Shown here: in pieces, positions 48,836 through 60,811 of the stretch
How positions within the stretch are numbered: the first letter of the stretch is position 1
Layout of the letters: each line of letters opens with the position of its first letter
Assembly (NCBI GenBank): GCA_964522765.1
Contig: CAZFWZ010000001.1
Span: 1-63,549, forward strand
Direction: 5' to 3'
DNA: 63,549 bases
Source: an uncultured Caulobacterales bacterium
GTDB lineage: Bacteria; Pseudomonadota; Alphaproteobacteria; Caulobacterales; Maricaulaceae
Notes under the pieces: model-generated
What the model saw: only the letters and a program-made list of their open reading frames with translations
Told to the model about the DNA's origin: nothing
Database searches by the model: none
Position numbers and translations under genes: made by a program

Positions 48836-49789
48836 ATGAACTATGATGTTTTTAACGGTGATGCTGACGGGATTATCTCGCTAGTGATGCTACGCCGCGC
48901 ACAGCCTCTTCAGGCGGAACTTGTAACGGGACGTAAGCGCGATATTTTCCTGCTTGAGCGCGTGGAGGCGGGCGAGGGTGACAGAGTCACCGTCCTTGAT
49001 ATCTCGATGAAATCTAATGCTGCAGCGCTTCGCCGTATTTTGAAGGCGGATGCAAAGGTGTTTTACGCTGACCATCACAATGCGGGCGAAATTCCAGATC
49101 ACCCGAATTTAGAAGCGCATATCAATACGGCTGCTGAGGTTTGCACAGCTGTCCTGATTGATAAGTACCTTAAAGGCGTACACCGCGCGTGGACAGTTGC
49201 GGCCGCCTTTGGCGATAACTTTCCAGCTATGGCGCACCGCTTAGCCGTTGGACAAAATCTGCCGCTTCCCTCGCTTGATGAGCTGGGTACATTAGTCAAT
49301 TACAATGGTTATGGGGGGTCGGTTGAAGACCTTCTTTTTCATCCTGCGGATCTTTACCGTGAAATGGCAATCTTTGATACGCCGATGGAATTTTTGGATA
49401 AAAAATCAAGCATTTTTATAGCTCTGCAGGATGGCTTTCGGGAGGATATGGCAAGCGTGTCTGCCGCTAAGGTATTGGACGAGGGCAAAGACGGTGTTAT
49501 CATCGGTCTTGTTGATAGCGCGGCCTCGCGGCGCGCTTCTGGGACCTATGGCAATCAACTTGCGCAAGAAAATCCAGATCGTGCCCACGCCATTTTAACG
49601 GCTCAGGACACTGAACTTGGAGGGGGATATCTTGTGAGTATTCGCGCGCCTTTATCAAAGCGTACGGGTGCAGATACGCTCGCCATGCAATTTGAAACGG
49701 GCGGTGGCCGCGCCGCAGCAGCAGGCATCAATCACTTACCTGAGGCTTTGCTTAAAGACTTCATCAAAGCCTTTCGGTCGGCTTTTTAG
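48836..49789 (+). CDS. DHH/DHHA1 family phosphoesterase
   Basis: FNGDADG, VLDIS, ADHH, AFGDN, SIRAP, GGGRAAAAGIN. Confidence 0.88.
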   Translation: MNYDVFNGDADGIISLVMLRRAQPLQAELVTGRKRDIFLLERVEAGEGDRVTVLDISMKSNAAALRRILKADAKVFYADHHNAGEIPDHPNLEAHINTAAEVCTAVLIDKYLKGVHRAWTVAAAFGDNFPAMAHRLAVGQNLPLPSLDELGTLVNYNGYGGSVEDLLFHPADLYREMAIFDTPMEFLDKKSSIFIALQDGFREDMASVSAAKVLDEGKDGVIIGLVDSAASRRASGTYGNQLAQENPDRAHAILTAQDTELGGGYLVSIRAPLSKRTGADTLAMQFETGGGRAAAAGINHLPEALLKDFIKAFRSAF

Positions 49790-51366
49790 CGGAGCATCAC
49801 TTCGGGCAGCCACGTTGCTAGCGCGGGGAAAAACACCACTAAGGCAATAACGAAAAACTGTATGCCGATGAACGGAATGACGCCGCGGTATAGAGCCTGC
49901 GTTGTCACCTCTGGCGGAGCGACGCCGCGCAGATAAAATAGGGCAAAGCCGAAGGGCGGGGTCAGGAAGCTTGTTTGTAAATTCAGCGCCATCAGAATAG
50001 CCAGCCAAACCGGATCAAGCCCCATAGCGAGCAGCGGCGGCGCGACGAGAGGCACAACGACAAATGTAATTTCGATAAAATCGAGAAAAAAGCCGAGTAC
50101 AAACATCACAAGCATCACGAGGGCTAGCGCGCCCCAAACGCCTCCGGGAGCAAGGGAGAGAAAATGTTCGACCATTTCATCGCCGCCAAACCCGCGAAAG
50201 ACGAGGCTAAACACTGTCGCGCCAATCAGGATTACGAAGACCATGCAGGTGATATGCATAGTTGTTCGTGACACATCAGCCATAGTCTCATCTCGCATTA
50301 GCGGGCCAATTGCGAGGGCTGTGCCAAGCATAGCTATACCTGCAAAGCTAAGCGCGAAGCCTAGTGCGGCGCGTTCCGAAAACTGCCAAGCGTCCTGATT
50401 AAACCGCATATCAATGCCCGTTAGGTCAACAAGGATAAGCAAGATTAAGGACGTCGCTGCAAAAACCGCGCCTTTCTTGGCAAAGCCCTGCGGCGCGATT
50501 CTATAGGCCGCGAGGAGTACAGCCCCCAAGGCCCCCAGCGCCGCGCCTCGTGTAGGCGTAGCGTAGCCGGACAGGATAGACCCGAGCACGGCAAAAATGA
50601 GAAAGATGGGTGGGAGCATGGCTTTAAGCGTGCGCTTGATGAAGACCCAAGGGTTGACGTTCTCTGGCCATGGTTCTGCCGGGGCCGCTTCGGGTTTAAA
50701 AAAGGCAGTGACGGCAATATAGAGCGCGTAAAGCATAACAAGAATAAGGCCGGGTATGAGCGCTCCCGCAAAGAGGTCGCCTACAGACACAATGCCGCCG
50801 CCTATCAAGCCGTGAGACCGCTGTGCTTCTTGATATGCGTTGGAGATTTGGTCACCAAGGATGACGAGGACAATTGACGGCGGAATGATTTGTCCCAGCG
50901 TGCCAGAGGCGGCAATCGCACCAGCGGCCAAAGACGGGGAATAATTGCGCTTCAGCATTGTCGGCAGCGATAACAGCCCCATTGTCACAACGGTTGCGCC
51001 GACAATGCCTGTGGAAGCAGCTAGCAATGCGCCGACCATGACGACAGATATACCTAGTCCGCCGCGTAGCGAGCCAAATAAATCACCCATCGCTTCCAAA
51101 AGATCTTCGGCGATGCGAGATTTCTCCAGCATAACTCCCATAAACACAAAGAGCGGTACTGCCATGAGAATTTCGCGGGTGATGAGGGGATAAATGCGTC
51201 CGGGCAAGGCAGAGAGGAAACTCGCATCAAACGTGCCTGTCATGACGCCTATAGCCGCAAAAATAAGCGAGACGCCGCTGAGCGTAAAGGCGACGTTATA
51301 CCCCGCCATGAGCCCCGCGCAGGCAAAGCCAAACATCAAAAGCGAGAGGATTTCTGGGAGGCTCAT
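49786..51366 (-). CDS. TRAP transporter large permease (DctM)
   Basis: AVPLFVFMG, AASTGIVGA, SGTLGQIIPPS, NLQTSFLTPPFG. Confidence 0.96.
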   Translation of the reverse strand: MSLPEILSLLMFGFACAGLMAGYNVAFTLSGVSLIFAAIGVMTGTFDASFLSALPGRIYPLITREILMAVPLFVFMGVMLEKSRIAEDLLEAMGDLFGSLRGGLGISVVMVGALLAASTGIVGATVVTMGLLSLPTMLKRNYSPSLAAGAIAASGTLGQIIPPSIVLVILGDQISNAYQEAQRSHGLIGGGIVSVGDLFAGALIPGLILVMLYALYIAVTAFFKPEAAPAEPWPENVNPWVFIKRTLKAMLPPIFLIFAVLGSILSGYATPTRGAALGALGAVLLAAYRIAPQGFAKKGAVFAATSLILLILVDLTGIDMRFNQDAWQFSERAALGFALSFAGIAMLGTALAIGPLMRDETMADVSRTTMHITCMVFVILIGATVFSLVFRGFGGDEMVEHFLSLAPGGVWGALALVMLVMFVLGFFLDFIEITFVVVPLVAPPLLAMGLDPVWLAILMALNLQTSFLTPPFGFALFYLRGVAPPEVTTQALYRGVIPFIGIQFFVIALVVFFPALATWLPEVMLR

Positions 51367-52058
51367 GATCCATTCCCATTAGAAATCTTAGGCTGATTTT
51401 CAAGCGGCGGAAAAAGCTGCGGCGTATGATCGGGGCGGGCTGGGCGCTCTTTCCCGTGCAAGCACATAGCTGCGCGCATCGCAATTGAGAGGCCTTGCGT
51501 AATCATCATAACACCAAAGACCGGTACAAGAGTTTTAAGCAGGAACACACCTTGAATGCCGTCATTTTCGCTGCTGCCTTCAAAGATGCGCCAAGCGAAA
51601 TTCACAAAACTTTGGCTGTCCCAAATGATGATAAGGCAGACAGGCAAAAGCAGGGCGTAAAACCCCATAAAATCGACAAGTGCGCGTGACTTGGCGCTCA
51701 TACGGGTGTGGAAAACATCAACGCGTACATGCTGCCCCGCCAACAGCGTGGCGGCGGCCCCGAGCATAATGATAGAGGCATGAAAATAAGCCGCGCTTTC
51801 GGAGAGTTTTGTCCAGTTGAGCCCAAAGATGGATAGAGCAAAGACTGAAAAAGCGATGGAGAGAACAAGCAGCGGAAGTGCCCATTTGACAATTTCGCCA
51901 ATGCGGTATGAGCTGTCATCCAGCAGCGTTATCGATGCGCGCGATAGGGTGTCGATACGGTCAGAATTTGGAAAAAAAAGTATCAGTAAGGGCCATGTCA
52001 TGACGAGGAGGAAAACCCATCCTATCCCTTTTAAAGCCCAGCCAAAAAGCTCTGTCAT
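51363..52058 (-). CDS. TRAP transporter small permease (DctQ)
   Basis: HVRVD motif, several TM helices, operon context. Confidence 0.92.
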   Translation of the reverse strand: MTELFGWALKGIGWVFLLVMTWPLLILFFPNSDRIDTLSRASITLLDDSSYRIGEIVKWALPLLVLSIAFSVFALSIFGLNWTKLSESAAYFHASIIMLGAAATLLAGQHVRVDVFHTRMSAKSRALVDFMGFYALLLPVCLIIIWDSQSFVNFAWRIFEGSSENDGIQGVFLLKTLVPVFGVMMITQGLSIAMRAAMCLHGKERPARPDHTPQLFPPLENQPKISNGNGS

Positions 52059-53206
52059 GAAAGCGAGTCCAAAGCGATTTTACGGGCCGCGATATATCCG
52101 CCGTCGCTGATTTCCGTCCAGCCGCGTGAGCTATTGCGGGCGGATAAATAACTATCATAAATGCGCTGGGTCATGGCATCGGTGGCCCCAAGCTCGCGGA
52201 CGACGTCTTCACTGATTTCGCCGATTTTCTGCATTATGGTATCGCTAAAGGCTCGCGGGACAATGCCGTGCTCAGTCTTGAGCGTCTCGAGCGCAAGACC
52301 ATTGCGGTAGCTATACTCGCCAAGGCTCCAGTCATTAGCGTGGGCGCAGGCATATTTAATCATCGACTGATCGGCATTTGAGAGGCTATTCCAAACGTCT
52401 AGGTTTGTCCCAATGGCGAGGGAAGCTCCCGGTTCATGAAAACCGGGCGAATAATAATAGGGCGCTTCGCGGTAAAAACCGAAGGCCAGGTCATTCCAAG
52501 GCCCAACCCATTCCGTGGCGTCAATCGCGCCAGATTGTAGGCTCTGGTATATTTCCCCGCCAGAGAGTGCGACAGCCGAGCCGCCCAGCCTGCGCATAAC
52601 TTCTCCCGCCAGTCCCGGAATGCGCATTTTTAGGCCTTTGAAATCCTCGAGCGTATTTATCTCGCGCTTAAACCAGCCGCCCGCTTGATGGCCCGTGTTA
52701 CCCGCTTGGAGGGCTTTGATGTTAAACTGTGCCGAGAGCTGATCCCATAGCTGCTGCCCGCCACCATGATCAATCCAGCCCATAATTTCAGTCGCCGTCA
52801 TGCCCATAGGCACGGCGGTAAAAAACGAGAAGCCTTTGGATTTGCCTTGCCAGTAATATTCAGCGGCGTGATACATATCCGCCGCGCCTGTTGAGGTCGC
52901 GTCAAAACATTCCAGCGCGCCCACAAGCTCCCCTGCAGCAAAGACTTTAACCTCAAGGCGGCCGTCGCTCATGTCTGAGAGAGCTTTGGCGAAATAATTG
53001 GGCATTTGACCAAGGCCCGGAAAGTCCTTGGGCCAACTTGTTGCCATACGAAACTGGCGGCGGTTTTTAGATATAGCGGGCGCGCCTAGCTCTGAACGGT
53101 TGGCATTCTGGTCGACAGATTTTCCGTCCTTGGAGAGAACGCCTAGTACGGCTCCGCCTGTTGCTGCGGCTGCAACTCCTGCTAAAATGTCCCGGCGTTT
53201 AACCAC
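52055..53206 (-). CDS. TRAP substrate-binding protein (TakP-like), Tat-like signal
   Basis: KRRDIL signal, MATSWPK, GNTG.QAGGWF, KMRIPGL, DATEWVGP; start GTG 53206. Confidence 0.93.
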   Translation of the reverse strand: MVKRRDILAGVAAAATGGAVLGVLSKDGKSVDQNANRSELGAPAISKNRRQFRMATSWPKDFPGLGQMPNYFAKALSDMSDGRLEVKVFAAGELVGALECFDATSTGAADMYHAAEYYWQGKSKGFSFFTAVPMGMTATEIMGWIDHGGGQQLWDQLSAQFNIKALQAGNTGHQAGGWFKREINTLEDFKGLKMRIPGLAGEVMRRLGGSAVALSGGEIYQSLQSGAIDATEWVGPWNDLAFGFYREAPYYYSPGFHEPGASLAIGTNLDVWNSLSNADQSMIKYACAHANDWSLGEYSYRNGLALETLKTEHGIVPRAFSDTIMQKIGEISEDVVRELGATDAMTQRIYDSYLSARNSSRGWTEISDGGYIAARKIALDSLS

Positions 53207-53303
53207 AAAACTTCCCTTATATCTGGCCACCTTCAAATTTGAAGCGAAGCGGCTCTGTTATGGAAATAGTTATAGAGCAGAGACAGGTGAGAGCAAGAGT
53301 TGG

Positions 53304-54032
53304 CTAACTGCCACTTTCAAGAGGGCGCCAGCCGTGCGGACCTAAAATTTCACAGGGGGTGAAGCGCGCCTTATAGTTCATCTTTGGGCTGCCATCGACC
53401 CAATAGCCAAGATAGAGATGCGCAAGGTTGTCCATTTGGCAGCGGTCAAGATGATCGAGTATCATGAAATTGCCGAGACTACGATGTCGTTGTTCTGGGT
53501 CAAAAAAACTATAGACCATGGACAGGCCGTCTTCGAGCACGTCGGTTAGGACGGCTGCAATGAGCACGCCCTCCGCGTCGCGGTACTCAATAATTTCCGT
53601 ATCAGAGGCGCATTGCTCAACCATCATTTCGTATCTGTAAAAGTCCATATCGGACATGCCGCCGCCTTTGTGACGGCTTTCCAGATAACGTTGAAGCAAA
53701 TCAAATTGCTCAGATGTTGCGAGCGGCTCTGCGATATGACGTGTTAAGTCCGAATTGCGCGCGAGTGTTCTTCGAAAAGAGCGAGAAGCTGCAAAATCCT
53801 TAGCAATAATGCGAAGGGACTTACATTCTCGGCAGGTTTCGCAAGCTGGCCGGTAAATGACATTCTGTGAACGGCGAAATCCTGCATGGGTCAAGTAATT
53901 GTTCAGATATGGCCCTGAGAGCGGGTCGAGCTGCGTAAAAATCTTACGCTCCATGCGGCCTTCTAGATAAGGACAAGGCGAGGGGATTGTCAGATAAAAC
54001 TGTAATCTATTAGTATCAAACGGACGCGTCAT
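53304..54032 (-). CDS. bpt: Bacterial ATE-like aminoacyl-transferase (Asp/Glu leucyltransferase)
   Basis: PCPYL, GFRRSQ..YRPAC..C..C, SRH..GGM, LSMVYSFFDP, LYLGYWV..S.KM.YK. Confidence 0.92.
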   Translation of the reverse strand: MTRPFDTNRLQFYLTIPSPCPYLEGRMERKIFTQLDPLSGPYLNNYLTHAGFRRSQNVIYRPACETCRECKSLRIIAKDFAASRSFRRTLARNSDLTRHIAEPLATSEQFDLLQRYLESRHKGGGMSDMDFYRYEMMVEQCASDTEIIEYRDAEGVLIAAVLTDVLEDGLSMVYSFFDPEQRHRSLGNFMILDHLDRCQMDNLAHLYLGYWVDGSPKMNYKARFTPCEILGPHGWRPLESGS

Positions 54033-54059
54033 AAACTCAATATACGGATGAAATCAAAA

Positions 54060-55895
54060 TTAGATATTAAAAAGAAAGGGTAACATCAGTGTATAGCTAA
54101 TCCACATTAACAGTATTAACGGCACGCCAAATTTAGCAAAATCGGCAAATTGATATCGGCCGGGTGCCATAACCAGCAGGTTGGTTTGATAGGCAATGGG
54201 TGTCGCAAAACAGCAATTGGACGCAAATATGACCGTTAGTACGAGCACCGTCGGGTCTATGCCTGTTTGCGCGCTAATCGACAAGGCAATCGGCGCAAAA
54301 ATCAAAGCTGTGGCGCTATTGGACAGTATATTCGTCATGACGGCAATGACGAGAAATATTGCTGAGATAAGGATTTGATTGCCAAAAGGCGCAAAAATAC
54401 TGACAGTTTCCTGGGCTATAAAGCTGGCTCCGCCCGTGCGTTCCAGCGCGAGTCCCATAGCGAATGCGGCTCCAATTAAGAGGAAGATGCGAATATCAAG
54501 GGCCCGTACGGCTTGGCGAATATTCAAACACCCTGACGCAATCATGCCGATTGCGCCGCATAGCGCGGCTATTTCAATTGGAAAGAGTGAGGTGGCCGCG
54601 AGGAATATCGTAGCTATAAAAATCCAGCGTGCATAAAGCGATTTTCGAATATCAGGTAACTCTGTTGTTGACCAATCCAGTAGGAGAATATCGCGATTAT
54701 GGCGCTGCTCACGCATATTGGCTTCATATCCAAATAAGAGCAGCACATCGCCTGCCTCCAGACGTATATCGAGCATGCTTTTCCTAATCATGCGGGAACG
54801 GCGCTGTATGCCTAGGACAAGGCATCCTGTCTGGCGGCGAAAGCCGATTTGTTCGATATTGCGGCCAATCATGCGCGACCCTGGCGCGATAACCGCTTCA
54901 CTGATGACAATCGTGTCTGAGGCTTCGAGATTGCGGGATTCGTCATGGAAGCCTGCAATGTTAAGCATGCCTTCAAGATAGCGCGGGCTAGAGGAGAGTA
55001 ACTTTGAGAGCCGTTCGCGCGTTGCGGCCACGATCAAAATATCACCGTTTTGTAGATTGTCTTCAAAGGGCGGAAGAAAACTATGTTCGCCGCGCTGCAC
55101 TAGGCGGACAGTGACATTTTTAAGGGCAGGATAAAGACCTGCAACAGGCGCTGCATTCTCCAGCGGGTGATTTTGTGTCACGCGAATTTGGGCGATATAT
55201 TGGCGCCCTGAATCTGAAATTTCATCTTCAAGCGATACGCGGTCAGGCAGAAGTATGGGCGCGGCAAATATAATGTAAACCGCACCGATTGCGGCCAGTA
55301 TTAACCCCGGGCCCGTTTGGGTAAAGAAGGATAAGCCTTCGCCTGTGAAGCGGCGAAGCACGTCATTGACGAGCAAGTTGGTGGATGATCCTATGAGGGT
55401 CGTCATACCTGCTAAAATGCAAATGAAACTCAGCGGCATGAGATAGCGTGAAGCCGCTGTTTGCGTTCGCGCCGCCATTGCGGTTAAAACGGGTATGAAC
55501 ATCACGACGACGGGCGTGTTATTCATGAACATCGACACGCCAAAGGCGAGAGCGAAGACGACAAATAATGTACGTCTTGGCTGTTTGGTGAGCGAGTTAT
55601 TTATCCGCAGGATTGGACCTTCGAGAGCGCCCGTATGGAACATGCCTTGCCCAACCACGAGCAGGGCCATGATTGTAATAAGAGCAGGAGCGGCAAATCC
55701 AGAGAGTATATTGCTGCTATTGAGCTCATATCCATTATTAAGCGGAAATATATGGAAGAAAACAAGAAGCGCCGTCACTATGCCGATGGAAATAGCTTCG
55801 ATAGAAAAGCGCTCACGAAAATATAGCCCCACTGCAATCGCGACAAGCAAGATTGTCGCCCACATTTGCCATGTAACTGCAATTGTCTCTGGCAT
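54060..55895 (-). CDS. SLC13 family permease with two TrkA-C domains (possible sulfate transporter)
   Basis: FMNNTPVV, GMTTLIGSSTNLLV, GDVLLL, TPIAYQTNLLV..PG.Y.F.DF. Confidence 0.92.
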   Translation of the reverse strand: MPETIAVTWQMWATILLVAIAVGLYFRERFSIEAISIGIVTALLVFFHIFPLNNGYELNSSNILSGFAAPALITIMALLVVGQGMFHTGALEGPILRINNSLTKQPRRTLFVVFALAFGVSMFMNNTPVVVMFIPVLTAMAARTQTAASRYLMPLSFICILAGMTTLIGSSTNLLVNDVLRRFTGEGLSFFTQTGPGLILAAIGAVYIIFAAPILLPDRVSLEDEISDSGRQYIAQIRVTQNHPLENAAPVAGLYPALKNVTVRLVQRGEHSFLPPFEDNLQNGDILIVAATRERLSKLLSSSPRYLEGMLNIAGFHDESRNLEASDTIVISEAVIAPGSRMIGRNIEQIGFRRQTGCLVLGIQRRSRMIRKSMLDIRLEAGDVLLLFGYEANMREQRHNRDILLLDWSTTELPDIRKSLYARWIFIATIFLAATSLFPIEIAALCGAIGMIASGCLNIRQAVRALDIRIFLLIGAAFAMGLALERTGGASFIAQETVSIFAPFGNQILISAIFLVIAVMTNILSNSATALIFAPIALSISAQTGIDPTVLVLTVIFASNCCFATPIAYQTNLLVMAPGRYQFADFAKFGVPLILLMWISYTLMLPFLFNI

Positions 55896-56012
55896 GGTTT
55901 GGGTGTGCCTTTTTAGGTTTTAGTTTAGATTAAAAATAAGGGTAACATGTTGCAGCTATCGTGAATAGCGATAAGGATAAATCAAATGGATTATATCTGA
56001 ATAGGTGAAATT

Positions 56013-56864
56013 ATGAGAGTGGCATTTTTAGGTTTGGGCGTGATGGGCTTTCCGATGGCTGGACATTTGGCCGCGGCGGGGCATGAGGTAACAGTTTGGA
56101 ATCGCACGGCCGTTAAAGCCCAGAGCTGGACAGATACATATGAGGGTCAGGCCGCTAGCACAATTGAAGCGGCCGTGAAGGACGCTGATTTCGTCATGAT
56201 GTGTGTAGGTGACGATGTGGACGTATTGGCTGTGGCTACACCCGCGCTAAAGGCCATGCGCGGAGGGGCATGCCTCATCGACCACACAACAGCTTCAGCA
56301 CAATGCGCGCGCGACGTTCATGCAATGTCGAAAGCTGCTGGTATTGGCTTTGTCGACGCGCCCATCTCTGGCGGTGAAGCAGGAGCGGTCAAGGGTCAAT
56401 TGACAATTATGTGCGGCGGCGATGCGGCGGATTATAACCGTGCCGTGCCCGTCATGCAGCCCTATGCCAAAGCCACGACACTAATGGGCGAAAGCGGTGC
56501 GGGGCAGCTCACGAAAATGGTCAATCAAATCTGCATTGCGGGCATATTGCAAGGCCTCGCAGAAGGCGTGAACTTTGCGCAAAAAGCGGGACTTGACGTG
56601 CCGCTCGTGGTCGAGGCGATTGGTAAAGGCGCCGCGCAAAGCTGGCAAATGCTTAACCGCGCAGAGACTATGGCCAAAGGTGAATATGAATTTGGTTTTG
56701 CGGTCGATTGGATGCGTAAAGACCTTGGCATTGCTATTGCTGCCGGCGAAGCCGTTGGGGCGGATTTGACCCTAACCAAACAGGTCGATGGGTATTATGC
56801 GCAGGTTCAAGATATGGGCGGAAAGCGTTGGGACACATCTAGCCTGCTCAAGCGGCTTACATAA
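56013..56864 (+). CDS. Beta-hydroxyacid dehydrogenase (3-hydroxyisobutyrate DH/GarR family)
   Basis: FLGLGVMGFPMA, DHTT, DAPISGG, KMVNQI, KDL. Confidence 0.92.
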   Translation: MRVAFLGLGVMGFPMAGHLAAAGHEVTVWNRTAVKAQSWTDTYEGQAASTIEAAVKDADFVMMCVGDDVDVLAVATPALKAMRGGACLIDHTTASAQCARDVHAMSKAAGIGFVDAPISGGEAGAVKGQLTIMCGGDAADYNRAVPVMQPYAKATTLMGESGAGQLTKMVNQICIAGILQGLAEGVNFAQKAGLDVPLVVEAIGKGAAQSWQMLNRAETMAKGEYEFGFAVDWMRKDLGIAIAAGEAVGADLTLTKQVDGYYAQVQDMGGKRWDTSSLLKRLT

Positions 56865-56876
56865 ACTCGAATGGTC

Positions 56877-57896
<1,020 letters not shown>

Positions 57897-58016
57897 TCAA
57901 AACTTTCTTTCTTATAACCCGTATTGTAAAAATAAGACACAAAAAATGGTGCGGCGATTGTGCATTGGAATATTTGATTTTTTTATATTATAAGAATCCA
58001 AAATTAAGGAAAGTCT

Positions 58017-59267
58017 ATGTCCTCGGATAGCAAAATAAAATACGGCGATTATTTTCGCGCCGCTGTTGATGCCGTCAAAGACGAAGGCCGTTACCGCGTG
58101 TTCCAAGACATTCGTCGTAAACGTGGGGCTTTCCCAAGCGCCACTTGGTATCCTAACGAAACAACAGAACATCAAATTACTGTCTGGTGCTCAAATGACT
58201 ATCTCGGCATGGGCCAGAACGAATGCGTTATTGAGGCCGTAAAATCAGCAGTTGATCAAGCGGGTACAGGGTCAGGCGGCACACGCAATATTTCCGGCAC
58301 TACGCATTACCATGTTCAACTTGAAAAAGAGCTCGCCGATTTGCACAGCAAAGATGCAGCGCTTTTGATGACATCAGGCTATGTCGCAAATGAAGCCACG
58401 CTCGGCGTAATGAGCAAAATTCTGCCAGGCCTTGTTATCTTTTCTGACGCTATGAACCATGCCTCTATGATTTCAGGTATTCAGCGCGCCCAGAAAGTCG
58501 GGGTGTGCGAGAAGGTGATTTTTAAACATAATGATTTGGCTGACCTTGAAGCCAAACTTAAAGCTGCTCCCGCAAGCGTGCCTAAACTTATCGCCTTTGA
58601 GAGTGTGTATTCTATGGACGCAGACATCGCCCCGATTGAACAAATTTGTGATCTCGCCGATAAATATGGCGCGATGACCTATATAGACGAAGTCCACGCC
58701 GTGGGCATGTACGGCCCGAAAGGCGGAGGCATTTGTGAGCAGCGCGGCCTGATGGATCGCGTTGACATTATCCAAGGCACGCTCGCCAAGGCTTACGGCA
58801 TGATTGGCGGCTATATTGCGGCTGACAGCCATATTACGGATGCTGTACGCTCTCTTGCCTCTGGTTTTATTTTTACGACATCTATTCCGCCAAGCACGGC
58901 AGCCGGCGCGTTGCGCTCTGTGCGCTATCTCAAACTTACACCAAATGTACGCGAGCAGCATCAAGAGCGCGCAAATGCGCTTAAGGCCCGTTTCCGCAAA
59001 GCGGGATTCCCGTTTATTGATGGAGAGACACATATTGTGCCGCTCATGGTCAGTGACCCCGTTAAATGTAAGGCTATCTCCGATGCGCTCATAGAACGCT
59101 TTGGCCTTTATGTGCAGCCGATTAATTTCCCAACCGTACCGCGCGGCACAGAACGCCTACGCTTCACGCCAAGCCCGTTCCACACAGACGACATGATGGA
59201 TGAGCTGATGGACGCGCTAGAAACAGTCTGGGCGGAGTTTGGGCTTAAGTGCGTAAAAGCGGCTTAA
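58017..59267 (+). CDS. hemA: 5-aminolevulinate synthase
   Basis: [47 protein letters not shown]. Confidence 0.97.
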   Translation: MSSDSKIKYGDYFRAAVDAVKDEGRYRVFQDIRRKRGAFPSATWYPNETTEHQITVWCSNDYLGMGQNECVIEAVKSAVDQAGTGSGGTRNISGTTHYHVQLEKELADLHSKDAALLMTSGYVANEATLGVMSKILPGLVIFSDAMNHASMISGIQRAQKVGVCEKVIFKHNDLADLEAKLKAAPASVPKLIAFESVYSMDADIAPIEQICDLADKYGAMTYIDEVHAVGMYGPKGGGICEQRGLMDRVDIIQGTLAKAYGMIGGYIAADSHITDAVRSLASGFIFTTSIPPSTAAGALRSVRYLKLTPNVREQHQERANALKARFRKAGFPFIDGETHIVPLMVSDPVKCKAISDALIERFGLYVQPINFPTVPRGTERLRFTPSPFHTDDMMDELMDALETVWAEFGLKCVKAA

Positions 59268-59435
59268 ACCGGTCTTGCATACAGTCGGACTGGACGTGCC
59301 GTCAAATTCACACTGATAAACACGTACCCAATCAATAAGCATCTAATATAATCTAATCTAGAAAGTCGCAGCATTGCCCGTTGCGAGTCGCGCATCCTAG
59401 CGTTATGAGGTCTCATCATTATTACGGAGACCGCT

Positions 59436-60743
59436 ATGAGCGCCGCAGCTAACGATCAATCGACAGCCCATCTTGGCCATTATTTCTCGCAAAACCTTAA
59501 GGACCGCGATCCGGACCTTTATGCCTGTATGCAGGATGAGCTAGACCGCCAAAAGCATGAAATTGAGTTGATAGCTTCAGAGAACATTGTCTCCAAGGCT
59601 GTCCTCGAAGCGCAGGGCTCTGTGCTCACCAATAAATATGCCGAGGGCTATCCGGGCAAACGTTATTATGGCGGGTGCCAACACGTTGACGTCGCTGAAA
59701 CACTCGCTATTGAGCGCGCTTGCGAGCTTTTCGGATGCGAATTTGCTAATGTGCAGCCCAACTCGGGTAGCCAAGCTAATCAAGGCGTTTTCTTCGCCCT
59801 CTTAAAACCCGGTGATACCATCCTTGGTATGGACCTCGCCTCTGGCGGTCACTTGACGCACGGCTCTCCGCCTAACCAATCTGGTAAGTGGTTTAATGCG
59901 GTCAATTACGGCGTTACGGAAGACACGCATCTTATTGACTATGATCAGGTCGAAGCTCTTGCGTTGGAGCATAAACCTAAACTCATTATCTGCGGTGGTT
60001 CGGCCTATGCGCGCCAGATTGATTTTGCCCGTTTCCGCGCGATTGCCGATAAAGTTGGTGCTTATCTTCACGTCGATATGGCGCACTTTGCTGGCCTCGT
60101 TGCAGGCGGTACACACCCTAACCCTTTCCCGCACGCCCATGTCGCGACAACCACAACGCATAAGACGCTGCGGGGTCCGCGCGGCGGGATGATCCTCACT
60201 AATGATGCTAAGCTGGCGAAGAAGTTTGACTCGGCTATTTTCCCCGGCATTCAAGGCGGCCCTCTTATGCATGTCATCGCAGGTAAAGCCGTGGCTTTTG
60301 GTGATGCGCTCAAGCCAGAATTTAAAGCCTATAGCCAAGCCGTGATTGATAATTGCCGCGCCATGGCGAGCGCACTCGTTGAAGCAGGCTACGCCGTTGT
60401 CTCAGGCGGCACAGATACGCATCTAGCGCTGATTGATCTCTCGCCCAAAGGCGTGAAAGGCAATGCCGCAGAGAAGGCTTTGGGCCGCGCTTATATCACT
60501 TGCAATAAGAATGGCATCCCGTTTGATAAAGAGAAGTTTACCATCACATCGGGTATTCGCGTTGGCTCTCCTGCGGGTACAACGCGCGGCTTTGGCACAG
60601 CAGAGTTTCGCCAAATCGGGCAGCTCATGGCCGAAGTCCTCGACGCTCTTGCGGAAAACCCAAAGGGTAATCCAGAGGTCGAAGAGAGCGTAAAGCAAAG
60701 AGTCAAAGCGTTAACAGCGAAGTTCCCAATATACGCGGGGTAA
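59436..60743 (+). CDS. glyA: Serine hydroxymethyltransferase
   Basis: [42 protein letters not shown]. Confidence 0.98.
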   Translation: MSAAANDQSTAHLGHYFSQNLKDRDPDLYACMQDELDRQKHEIELIASENIVSKAVLEAQGSVLTNKYAEGYPGKRYYGGCQHVDVAETLAIERACELFGCEFANVQPNSGSQANQGVFFALLKPGDTILGMDLASGGHLTHGSPPNQSGKWFNAVNYGVTEDTHLIDYDQVEALALEHKPKLIICGGSAYARQIDFARFRAIADKVGAYLHVDMAHFAGLVAGGTHPNPFPHAHVATTTTHKTLRGPRGGMILTNDAKLAKKFDSAIFPGIQGGPLMHVIAGKAVAFGDALKPEFKAYSQAVIDNCRAMASALVEAGYAVVSGGTDTHLALIDLSPKGVKGNAAEKALGRAYITCNKNGIPFDKEKFTITSGIRVGSPAGTTRGFGTAEFRQIGQLMAEVLDALAENPKGNPEVEESVKQRVKALTAKFPIYAG

Positions 60744-60749
60744 TGTTTG

Positions 60750-60777
60750 AAATCGACTTTCCTACTGGGTCGATTTT
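60750..60777. terminator. Probable terminator after glyA
   Basis: AAATCGAC...GTCGATTTT inverted repeat between convergent genes. Confidence 0.6.
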
Positions 60778-60811
60778 AATCAAGCGCCGAAACAGTTGAA
60801 TGTTTTAAACT

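Noticed and set aside
59268-59435. ZMP/ZTP riboswitch or RBS-sequestering hairpin (GGTCTC...GAGACC) upstream of glyA
   Set aside because: A GACTGG is present but the 3' GCCTGGGC-type pseudoknot element is missing. A likely promoter (TTGCGA-N17-TATGAG) would start transcription after the hairpin's 5' arm.
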